Shown here piece by piece: positions 41,114 through 49,282 of a stretch of 64,000 bases of DNA. This DNA comes from a bacterium (GTDB lineage Bacteria > Patescibacteriota > Patescibacteriia > UBA1558 > S5-K13), in the NCBI GenBank assembly GCA_029555085.1, contig JAKPTO010000026.1, positions 63,435 to 127,434 on the forward strand. Direction: 5' to 3'. The position numbers and the translations under genes are program-made. How positions within the stretch are numbered: the first letter of the stretch is position 1; every line of letters starts with the position of its first letter. The notes beneath the pieces are model-generated. The model searched no databases, was not told the DNA's origin, and was given only the letters and a program-made list of their open reading frames with translations.

Positions 41114-41776
41114 CTAATTCTTTGACAAAATAGTAATAATGTTTCTTTTACTGTTAGAATATGCATTTTTTAACACATTAAAACCGTGATTTTTAGCTAA
41201 TTTTTTTAATTCTTTTAACATAAATCCATGATAAAATCTATTCGCAACTACGCTTCCTTTTTTATCTTTCCAGGGAATCAAAAAATCATTCCAGGATTGT
41301 TTTTCTGGATTAAAAATATATTTTATATATTTCTTTTGAAATAAATTCCAATTTGTCATTATAATTAGACCATCTTTTTTAAGCCATTTTTTCATTTTTA
41401 ATAAAATTTCAATTCTTTGCAATTTTGTTCTAAGATGATGATAAGATGCGATTAAAAAAATTATATCAAAATTATCATCAGGAAGTTCTAAATCAAGCAT
41501 GTCGGATTCTATAAATTGAAAATTTTTAATTTTACCAAAGTCCTGTTTTTTGGCATAATTAAGTAAGTCAGAAGAAATATCCGATCCCACATATTGAATA
41601 TCATAATTTTTTAGCAAATTAACAAGTCGACCATTTCCACATCCGAGATCTAAAATTTTCTGACCATCTTTAATATATTTTTCAAACTCTAAAAGTTCTG
41701 GCCACAAATTTTGACGAGTCGCATTAAATTCACTTGAAAATTCATTATAATTCATATTCATTAAATTAGATAACAA
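41114..41776 (-). CDS. Class I SAM-dependent methyltransferase, Trm9/ALKBH8-MTase-like
   Basis: FNATRQNLWP, ILDLGCGNGR, FDIIFLIASYHHL, DFLIPW and RFYHGF. Exact start uncertain. Confidence 0.8.
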   Translation of the reverse strand: MLSNLMNMNYNEFSSEFNATRQNLWPELLEFEKYIKDGQKILDLGCGNGRLVNLLKNYDIQYVGSDISSDLLNYAKKQDFGKIKNFQFIESDMLDLELPDDNFDIIFLIASYHHLRTKLQRIEILLKMKKWLKKDGLIIMTNWNLFQKKYIKYIFNPEKQSWNDFLIPWKDKKGSVVANRFYHGFMLKELKKLAKNHGFNVLKNAYSNSKRNIITILSKN

Positions 41777-41783
41777 ATATTTT

Positions 41784-43379
41784 ATGTCTTTATTATATCA
41801 AAAAATTATTGAAAAACTAATCTCTCTAAAATTTAAAAATAGAGCTGATTTTGAATTAAAGAAAAAAAGACTTTGCGGAGAGTTCAGTATAAAACCAACT
41901 ACAAATCAATTATTATTAAAAGCATATAATGATCTTCTAAAATCTAAAAAAATAAAAAAAGATGAATCTTTTGAAAAATTTTTAACAACGAGAAATACGA
42001 GAACAATATCTGGTGTTACTCCTCTTACAGTTCTTACAAAACCATATAATTGTCCTGGAACTTGTATTTATTGTCCGAAGGAAACTGATATGCCAGTGAG
42101 TTATCTATCAAACGAACCAGCCGCTCAACGCGCAAAAGGATTAAAGTTTGATCCATACAATCAAGTTCAATACAGAATAAAAGCTCTTGAAGTAAATGGT
42201 CACGATGTCGATAAAATTGAGCTTTTAGTTCTTGGCGGTTCTTGGAATGCATATACAAAAAAATATCAAAATTGGTTTATTGCTAGATGTTTCAAGGGTG
42301 TAAATGATTATCCGAAAAATAACTATAAAAAAGAAGCGGTTTTAGAAAAAGAATTAAAGAAAAATGAAACTGCAAAATACAGAATCATTGGCGTTACTCT
42401 TGAAACAAGACCAGATTTAATTAACGAGAAAGAATTAATTACAATGCGACATCAGGCCTGTACAAGAATTCAGTTTGGGGTTCAGCACACAGATGATAAA
42501 ATACTAAAAAAAGTAAAGCGTGGTCACGATCAAAAAGATATTATAAAGGCAACTCGACTATGCAAAGAAATTGGGTTAAAAGTTGACTATCACCTAATGC
42601 CTGATTTACCATTTTCAAATCCAAAAAAGGACTTTAAAATGTTTAAAGAAATTTTTGAAAATCCGAACTATCGTCCCGACCAAATAAAAATTTATCCGTG
42701 TGTCGTAACTAAGGAAGCAAAAATACTCTATAAAATGTTTAAAGATTGTTCCTATGTTCCATATACAAAAAATGAACTACTTGATTTATTAGTTGATGTA
42801 AAAACAAAATTAATTCCATACTATGTAAGAATTAATAGATTAATTCGTGATATTCCAAAAGAATCAATTATTGGAGGAAATGATATTACGAATTTAAGAC
42901 AAAATATTGAGCGAGAAATGAAACTTCGTCATTTAAAATGCAAATGTATAAGATGCCGTGAGATAAAAGACAAAAAAATAAAATTAAAAGACATAAAATT
43001 ATTTATAGAAAAATATAGCGCATCAAATGGTACAGAATTTTTTATAAGTTATGAAAATTATGAAAGAAATAAATTATATGGATTTTTAAGATTAAGATTT
43101 AATAAAAATTCAAAAGATAATATTTTTCCTGAACTAAAAAATTGTTCAATCGTAAGAGAGATTCATGTATACGGAAAATTGGTGGCTCATAATAAAAAAG
43201 CTAGTTCATCCTCTACTCAACACACTGGTTTTGGTAAAAAATTAATGCAAGAAGCTGAGAAAATATCCCGTGAAAATAAATACAAAAAAATCGCTGTTAT
43301 ATCTGGAATTGGCGTGAGAGAATATTATAGAAAATTAGGATATAAATTGCAGGGTGAATATATGGTAAAGAAGTTGTAA
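41784..43379 (+). CDS. elp3: Elp3-like tRNA uridine(34) carboxymethyltransferase (radical SAM + KAT)
   Basis: RTISGV, CPGTCIYC, ETRPD, HLMPDLP, RLIRDIP, VREIHVYG, QHTGFGK and ISGIGVREYYRKLGY. Confidence 0.93.
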   Translation: MSLLYQKIIEKLISLKFKNRADFELKKKRLCGEFSIKPTTNQLLLKAYNDLLKSKKIKKDESFEKFLTTRNTRTISGVTPLTVLTKPYNCPGTCIYCPKETDMPVSYLSNEPAAQRAKGLKFDPYNQVQYRIKALEVNGHDVDKIELLVLGGSWNAYTKKYQNWFIARCFKGVNDYPKNNYKKEAVLEKELKKNETAKYRIIGVTLETRPDLINEKELITMRHQACTRIQFGVQHTDDKILKKVKRGHDQKDIIKATRLCKEIGLKVDYHLMPDLPFSNPKKDFKMFKEIFENPNYRPDQIKIYPCVVTKEAKILYKMFKDCSYVPYTKNELLDLLVDVKTKLIPYYVRINRLIRDIPKESIIGGNDITNLRQNIEREMKLRHLKCKCIRCREIKDKKIKLKDIKLFIEKYSASNGTEFFISYENYERNKLYGFLRLRFNKNSKDNIFPELKNCSIVREIHVYGKLVAHNKKASSSSTQHTGFGKKLMQEAEKISRENKYKKIAVISGIGVREYYRKLGYKLQGEYMVKKL

Positions 43380-43384
43380 ATTTT

Positions 43385-43415
43385 CAACCTCGAAGGTTGG
43401 CAACCTCGAAGGTTG
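43385..43415. repeat. Two tandem copies of palindromic CAACCTCGAAGGTTG
   Basis: caacctcgaaggttg-g-caacctcgaaggttg between elp3 and glyA. Confidence 0.9.
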
Positions 43416-43430
43416 TGCTATAATAAAATA

Positions 43431-44729
43431 ATGATAAATAAACAAGATAAAAAACTATTTGATCTCATTAATAAAGAACTTACTCGTCAACAAGATGGAC
43501 TTGAGATGATTGCTTCCGAAAACTATGTTTCAGAAAATGTGCTTCGCGTAATGGGCTCAATTTTAACAAATAAATATTCAGAGGGTTATCCTGGAAAAAG
43601 ATATTATGGTGGCAACAAATATATCGATGAAATAGAAAATTTAGCAAAAAATTATGCGAAAAAATTATTTGGCGTAACTCATATAAATGTTCAACCTTAT
43701 TCTGGATCACCTGCAAATCAAGCAGTTTATTTTGCGCTATGTAAACCTGGCGACAAAATAATGGGAATGAATTTGCTCTATGGCGGACACTTAACTCACG
43801 GATGGAAAGTAAATTTTAGCGGAAAACATTATGAGTCAATTCAATACACAACTGATAAAAACGGATTCCTAGATTATGACTCGATCGAAAATTTAGTTAA
43901 AAAAGAAAAACCAAAATTAATTTTTGTAGGAACTACTGCATACTCACGCATTATTGATTTTGAAAGATTAGCTAAAATCGCGCATGACTCTAATGCATTT
44001 TTAGTTGCAGATATTGCTCATATTGCTGGACTTGTAGTAGCTGGAATTCATCCATCTCCTGTTGGTTATACAGATGTAATAACAACCACAACTCACAAAA
44101 CTCTACGCGGACCAAGAGGCGCAATGATAATGTGTAATGGAGAGCAATTAAATCCAACTCGAAAAATTGACTCTGTTATTGGTTGGAGAGAATCAAAACA
44201 AAATATTCCGACACTTATTGATAGAGCGGTTTTCCCCGGACTTCAAGGTGGGCCACACAATCACACAACCGCAGGAATTGCTCAAGCATTATTTGAAGCT
44301 GACACAGATGAATTTAAAAAATACGCAAAACAAATTGTAAAAAATGCTCAAAAATTATCACAAGAACTATCAAATAATGGACTTAAAATTATAACTGGCG
44401 GAACTGATAATCATTTAATTTTAATTGATGTAACGACTTTTAATATTACTGGCTCTCAAGCTGAAAAATCATTAGAACTTGCTGGGATTACAGTAAATAA
44501 AAATGCAATTCCATTTGATACGCGTTCCCCGTTTGATCCATCTGGCATAAGAATTGGAACTCCAGCACTAACTACTCGCGGAATGAAAGAACTTGAAATG
44601 ACACAAATTGCGCAATTAATTGTAAAAGCTCTAAAAAATCATAATGATGAAAAGATTCTTAAAAACATAAAATCAGAAGTTAAAAAAATTTGTAAAAAAT
44701 TTCCAATTTATAAAAAAGTAAAATATTAA
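43431..44729 (+). CDS. glyA: Serine hydroxymethyltransferase
   Basis: IASEN, NKYSEGYPGKRYYGG, GGHLTHG, TTTTHKTLRGPRG and SGIRIGTPA. ATG lies 6 nt after TGCTATAAT. Confidence 0.98.
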   Translation: MINKQDKKLFDLINKELTRQQDGLEMIASENYVSENVLRVMGSILTNKYSEGYPGKRYYGGNKYIDEIENLAKNYAKKLFGVTHINVQPYSGSPANQAVYFALCKPGDKIMGMNLLYGGHLTHGWKVNFSGKHYESIQYTTDKNGFLDYDSIENLVKKEKPKLIFVGTTAYSRIIDFERLAKIAHDSNAFLVADIAHIAGLVVAGIHPSPVGYTDVITTTTHKTLRGPRGAMIMCNGEQLNPTRKIDSVIGWRESKQNIPTLIDRAVFPGLQGGPHNHTTAGIAQALFEADTDEFKKYAKQIVKNAQKLSQELSNNGLKIITGGTDNHLILIDVTTFNITGSQAEKSLELAGITVNKNAIPFDTRSPFDPSGIRIGTPALTTRGMKELEMTQIAQLIVKALKNHNDEKILKNIKSEVKKICKKFPIYKKVKY

Positions 44730-44730
44730 A

Positions 44731-45579
44731 ATGGAAAATCAAGAAAATAAAATAATAGATGGAATTGAAATTTCTAATAGAATAAAGCACGAAATAAGAC
44801 ATGAAATTGTTAATTCTAATTTTACCCCAGGGCTCGCAATAATACTCGTGGGAAATGATGCTGCATCGCATTTATATGTAACAAAAAAAGAAAAAGCTTG
44901 CGCCAAAGTAGGAATTGGTTTTCATAAATATCTTTTTCAGGAAAACGAAGAGGAAAAAAATATACTAGATTGTATAAATTTTTTAAATAATGATAGCGAA
45001 ATTCATGCAATCATAGTTCAATTACCGCTTCCTAAAAAATTTAATACTCAAAAAATTATTGACCTAATTAATCCCAAAAAAGATGTTGACGGATTTCATC
45101 CTGAAAATGTAAAAAAATTCTTAAATAATCAAACTTATATAGAGCCAGTACTTGCTCAATCAATTAGAGAAGCATTAATTTATACAAATGAAAATTTAGA
45201 AAATAAAACTGCTGTTATTTTAGGGAATAGTCATGAATTTATAGAACCAGTTGAAAAAATGCTTCAAAATTTAAAAATAAAAACATCTCATACTCATATC
45301 ACAAAAAACGACTGGGGAGAAAAAATCATTAGCGCTGATATATTAATTACAGCTGTTGGTAAACCATTTTTGATAAAAGCAGATATGATAAAGCAAGACG
45401 CAATCATAATTGATGTGGGGATTAATAAAATTCAAAACGCTACAGTTGGAGATGTTGACTATACTGATGTTTTTGAAAAATGCTCTCATATCACTCCAGT
45501 TCCCGGAGGAATCGGACCAATTACAATTTCCTACTTACTAAAAAACACATTAGAGCTTTGTAAAAAAAACTCCCAATAA
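44731..45579 (+). CDS. folD: Methylenetetrahydrofolate dehydrogenase/cyclohydrolase
   Basis: PGLAIILVG, YVTKK, VQLPLP, KDVDGFH, DVGIN and ITPVPGGIGP. Confidence 0.96.
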   Translation: MENQENKIIDGIEISNRIKHEIRHEIVNSNFTPGLAIILVGNDAASHLYVTKKEKACAKVGIGFHKYLFQENEEEKNILDCINFLNNDSEIHAIIVQLPLPKKFNTQKIIDLINPKKDVDGFHPENVKKFLNNQTYIEPVLAQSIREALIYTNENLENKTAVILGNSHEFIEPVEKMLQNLKIKTSHTHITKNDWGEKIISADILITAVGKPFLIKADMIKQDAIIIDVGINKIQNATVGDVDYTDVFEKCSHITPVPGGIGPITISYLLKNTLELCKKNSQ

Positions 45580-45591
45580 TGGGAGTTTTTT
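45562..45591 (+). terminator. Intrinsic terminator after folD (possibly bidirectional)
   Basis: aaaaaactccca-ataa-tgggagtttttt. Confidence 0.8.
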
Positions 45592-45688
45592 AATAAAAAT
45601 ACTGCGATTATTTATTATAAGATTCAAATTCTTTGAAGTTTGACATCTATAAAATTCAAACACATAAAAACTAAATTGAAAATTTTCA

Positions 45689-45850
45689 TTATTTATATTT
45701 TGGAAATTTAGAATATAACTCTTTAATTTTTTCTTCAATTATTAAGTTATCTGAAAAAGTTTTTCTAATATTTGCTTTTTGTCTTGCAATATACTTTCTT
45801 ACGCTTTTTGGCAATCTTTTTTTAGTATGAGTTTTAATTTGTTCCACCAT
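45689..45850 (-). CDS. Small basic hypothetical protein (53 aa, absent from the ORF track)
   Basis: ATG at 45850 to TAA at 45689: MVEQIKTHTKKRLPKSVRKYIARQKANIRKTFSDNLIIEEKIKELYSKFPKYK. Starts 4 nt after the translin-like stop. Confidence 0.6.
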   Translation of the reverse strand: MVEQIKTHTKKRLPKSVRKYIARQKANIRKTFSDNLIIEEKIKELYSKFPKYK

Positions 45851-45854
45851 ATAA

Positions 45855-46433
45855 TTATTTCCTTATTGTTAAATTAATTTCATATATAATTGTTTCTAAT
45901 CTTTTTAGATTTCTTTTTGCGTCATCGAATTTCATTCTTAATTTTCCAGATAAATATAATTTCATCATGAATCCAACTATATCCTTTGTTATTTCTCTAT
46001 AATTTTGTAATAATTTTAAATTTTTTTCATCAGCGCGCAAAACTGCTTGTCTCACTAATTCTCCAGTCATATCGCACAATCCACCAATATATTCCTCTCC
46101 ATTGAATTTAAATTCCTTATCTATTGAAAGTGTTTTCTTCTCTAAAACATCTATAAAAAATTTTGCCTCTAAAAATTCTTCTGATGCCGCTTGATATGAT
46201 CCCTCAAAATCCAATCTATTGCTTTTGTTATATTTTTTATTTAGTTCTCTAAATTTTTCACAAGCTTCTTCTAATGTTTTTTTCGCTTCTTCTGTGTTTC
46301 CATCATGCGCTAAAAAAATCGATTGTTTGCTTTTTGAAAGAATTGAATTTGAAATATGATTTATCACTCCTCTTTCTTTCTGATAAAGTGACAATTCTTT
46401 TGAAATCTTATTAAATAATTTATTGTTTTTCAT
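45855..46433 (-). CDS. Translin/TRAX-family protein
   Basis: SKQSIFLAH, EEFLEA, YIGGLCDMTGELVRQAV and LRMKFD. Confidence 0.82.
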   Translation of the reverse strand: MKNNKLFNKISKELSLYQKERGVINHISNSILSKSKQSIFLAHDGNTEEAKKTLEEACEKFRELNKKYNKSNRLDFEGSYQAASEEFLEAKFFIDVLEKKTLSIDKEFKFNGEEYIGGLCDMTGELVRQAVLRADEKNLKLLQNYREITKDIVGFMMKLYLSGKLRMKFDDAKRNLKRLETIIYEINLTIRK

Positions 46434-46600
46434 GAAGTTTTACCTAAAATAACGGCATTTAATATTAATTTTGGCAAACAAAACTGCTCTTTTGGGGCAG
46501 TAAATAATAATAACATATTAACATATTAAATTATAAAAAACAATTCCGCAATAACTCAATATCTTGCAAGGCCCTAAATACAATAATTAAATACACAATT

Positions 46601-46630
46601 TTAAAAGTCCTATCAAAATAGGACTTTTAA
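46601..46630 (-). terminator. Intrinsic terminator after the 838-aa surface protein
   Basis: ttaaaagtcctat-caaa-ataggacttttaa. Confidence 0.8.
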
Positions 46631-46648
46631 TAATAAATATAATAAAAC

Positions 46649-49165
46649 TTATTCTATATTCTCTCCAATAGTATAATCTTTAAAGAATATTGCACTTATA
46701 TCTCTAATTAACTTATTCCATGTTTTACCAAATAATCTTTCTGCAACATTTTCATTTATAATCCATCTTAATATTTTATTATCTGTAACTTTGTATATTT
46801 TTGGACTTTCTGGTGTTTTAATTAAAGAACCTGTTTTGTGTGGAACATTATCTCCTGTTAGATAACTATCAAATTCTTGTTTTGATACTATTTTAACTCT
46901 TGAAAAATCATCTTCAAAATATGATTCCCATGTTCCCCTATCTGGATATGCATGCTTTATATTGCTACTATCTACAAAATATACAGTATCTTTTTCTTTT
47001 AATTTTATAAATTTACCATCTGTCCAAAAGTTTAATTCTGATGTTTGATTATTGTTTTCATTATTGCTTTGTTGTTCATTGCTTTGTTCTGTGCTTGTAC
47101 TTGTATTAGTATTTTGATTATTATTCATTGATTCTAATATGTATGGTGGTATTGTAGAACCAGGTGCAGATACTACATTTACTATTCTTGTTGAACTAAC
47201 TGTATTTCCAACCGTATCAGATACTTCATAAATAACAGAATAAATTCCAATATTAGATGTATTTACATTATTTGTTACAATTATATTATTTGTTATATCT
47301 CCATCTATATCATCTACTGCTGTTGCTCCTTCATCTGTATAACTACTTCCTTTGAATACTGATGCTGGATTAGAACCTAGAATTGTGATGGTTGGATTAA
47401 CATTATCTATCCAATAATTAACAGGATAACCATTATTTACAAGATGATTTATATCATGATACCAAATATTATCAAAATCCCATCCTACATATGTTGTAGC
47501 ACTTGTTACATCGTATGGATATGTCATCTCAGCTGTTGTTCTAGGAAGTCCCCTTCCATCATTATCTGATTGACCTGATGTTTCACTGTTGTAGTATGAG
47601 TTTGATATTGTTCCTATTCTATTATATCCCGCCAATCCACCAATATTACTTGTTCCACTTACACTTCCAGTGGAATATGAATTTGATATAACTCCTCTAT
47701 AATTACTTCCCGCTAATCCACCAACATAATTAGTTCCACTTACACTTCCCATGGAATATGAGTTTGATACTGTTCCATAGGGATTATCCCCCACTAATCC
47801 ACCAACATAATTAGTTCCACTTACACTTCCCATGGAATATGAGTTTGATACTGTTCCATAGTAATTATATCCCACCAATCCACCAACATAATCCCATATC
47901 CCACTTACACTTCCCATGGAATATGAGTTTGATACTGTTCCATAGTAATTATATCCCACCAATCCACCAACATAATCTCTATCTCCCGTTGCCTTTACTG
48001 ATCCTGCGAAATATGAATTAGATATTGTGCCACAATTAATACCGACTAATCCACCAACACTATAATTATATGTGCTGTCATATGTTGATGTTATATCAGT
48101 ACCTTCTAAATGTACATTTGTAAGAGTGGATGCACCACAAGCATATCCAAATAGACCAATGTTGTTATCTTGATTAGTTTTTATATACAAATTTGATATT
48201 TTATATATATCACCGTTAAATGTTCCAGCAAAACAATCATTACTAGTACCTCTTATTGGAATCCAACCGGAATCACTTGTCATTGCTGTTTTAAATTCAG
48301 CAACTGATGAATATCCAGCTGGTATTGTTTCATCATAACTATTTATATCATTAAAATCTAAATCTTTAGTTAAAGAATAAATTCCAAATAAATCATTTCT
48401 TATATTGTATAAATCTTGAATACTGTCTATTTCATAAGAACTTGGTCTCCACAATGTTTCAGATGTATATTTCATTACGGTTGCTTTATGTCTATTTATA
48501 ACATCCCTATACACAACATAAGGTGTTCCTGTTGCATCAATAGCAATGGAGGTGTCACCTACTGATCCAGTGGAAAACCCAGCATTACCAACATTTATCC
48601 AAGAAGAGCCATCATATTTCATTACTGTTGCTTTTTGATTATTTCCATAATCTTGATATACAACATACGGAGTTCCTGTTGCGTCAATAGCAATGGAGGT
48701 ATTATCTACTCTCCCAGCAGAAAAACCAGGACTTCCAACATCTTCCCATAAAGAACCATTATATTTCTTAACTGTTGCCTTACCGCTATTTCCCCAATCC
48801 CCATACACAACATATGGTGTTCCAGATGAGTCAAGGGCTATAAAAGTGGAATTTACTGACCCAGCAGAAAACCCAGCATTACCAACATTTACCCATTCAG
48901 AACCATTGTATTTCATTACTGTTGCTTTTTGATTATTTCCATGATCTCGATATACAACATACGGAGTTCCTGTTGCGTCAATAGCAATGGAGGTATAAGC
49001 TACTGATCCAGTGGAAAATGTGGGTTGACCTAAATATTGCCAGGATTCTCCTTCTGCGATAGATTTTTTAGGCGATATTTCAAATAAAGATATTATTAAT
49101 AAAAAAATTATAAAAACAAAAAACAACAAATAATTAAATATTTTTGATTTATTTTCAGGATTCAT
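46649..49165 (-). CDS. Surface protein with beta-propeller repeats, GLUG repeats, a DUF5011-like Ig domain and a CPR-type C-terminal domain
   Basis: TSIAIDATGTPYVVY repeats, VGGLVG.N...SNSYSMGSV repeats, PTITILGSNP...GATAVDDIDGD and C-terminal LIKTPESPKIY. Confidence 0.85.
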   Translation of the reverse strand: MNPENKSKIFNYLLFFVFIIFLLIISLFEISPKKSIAEGESWQYLGQPTFSTGSVAYTSIAIDATGTPYVVYRDHGNNQKATVMKYNGSEWVNVGNAGFSAGSVNSTFIALDSSGTPYVVYGDWGNSGKATVKKYNGSLWEDVGSPGFSAGRVDNTSIAIDATGTPYVVYQDYGNNQKATVMKYDGSSWINVGNAGFSTGSVGDTSIAIDATGTPYVVYRDVINRHKATVMKYTSETLWRPSSYEIDSIQDLYNIRNDLFGIYSLTKDLDFNDINSYDETIPAGYSSVAEFKTAMTSDSGWIPIRGTSNDCFAGTFNGDIYKISNLYIKTNQDNNIGLFGYACGASTLTNVHLEGTDITSTYDSTYNYSVGGLVGINCGTISNSYFAGSVKATGDRDYVGGLVGYNYYGTVSNSYSMGSVSGIWDYVGGLVGYNYYGTVSNSYSMGSVSGTNYVGGLVGDNPYGTVSNSYSMGSVSGTNYVGGLAGSNYRGVISNSYSTGSVSGTSNIGGLAGYNRIGTISNSYYNSETSGQSDNDGRGLPRTTAEMTYPYDVTSATTYVGWDFDNIWYHDINHLVNNGYPVNYWIDNVNPTITILGSNPASVFKGSSYTDEGATAVDDIDGDITNNIIVTNNVNTSNIGIYSVIYEVSDTVGNTVSSTRIVNVVSAPGSTIPPYILESMNNNQNTNTSTSTEQSNEQQSNNENNNQTSELNFWTDGKFIKLKEKDTVYFVDSSNIKHAYPDRGTWESYFEDDFSRVKIVSKQEFDSYLTGDNVPHKTGSLIKTPESPKIYKVTDNKILRWIINENVAERLFGKTWNKLIRDISAIFFKDYTIGENIE
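47590..48060. repeat. Tandem GLUG-coding repeats
   Basis: Near-identical ccacttacacttcccatggaatatgagtttgatactgttccatag units recur at ~69-75 bp spacing. Confidence 0.85.
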
Positions 49166-49203
49166 GATTATGATTTTTAATTCTTATATAGATTATTATA
49201 TCA

Positions 49204-49282
49204 CAACCTCGAAGGTTGGCAACCTCGAAGGTTGGCAACCTCGAAGGTGTTCGACCTCGAAGGTTGGCAACCTCGAAGGTTG
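49204..49282. repeat. Five tandem copies (16-bp period) of palindromic CAACCTCGAAGGTTG
   Basis: Copies start at 49204, 49220, 49236, 49252 and 49268; copies 3 and 4 are slightly degenerate. The array abuts the stop codon at 49283. Confidence 0.95.

Noticed and set aside
49204-49282. Palindromic tandem repeats as a CRISPR array
   Set aside because: The 16-bp units are head-to-tail with no spacers, and no cas genes are present.
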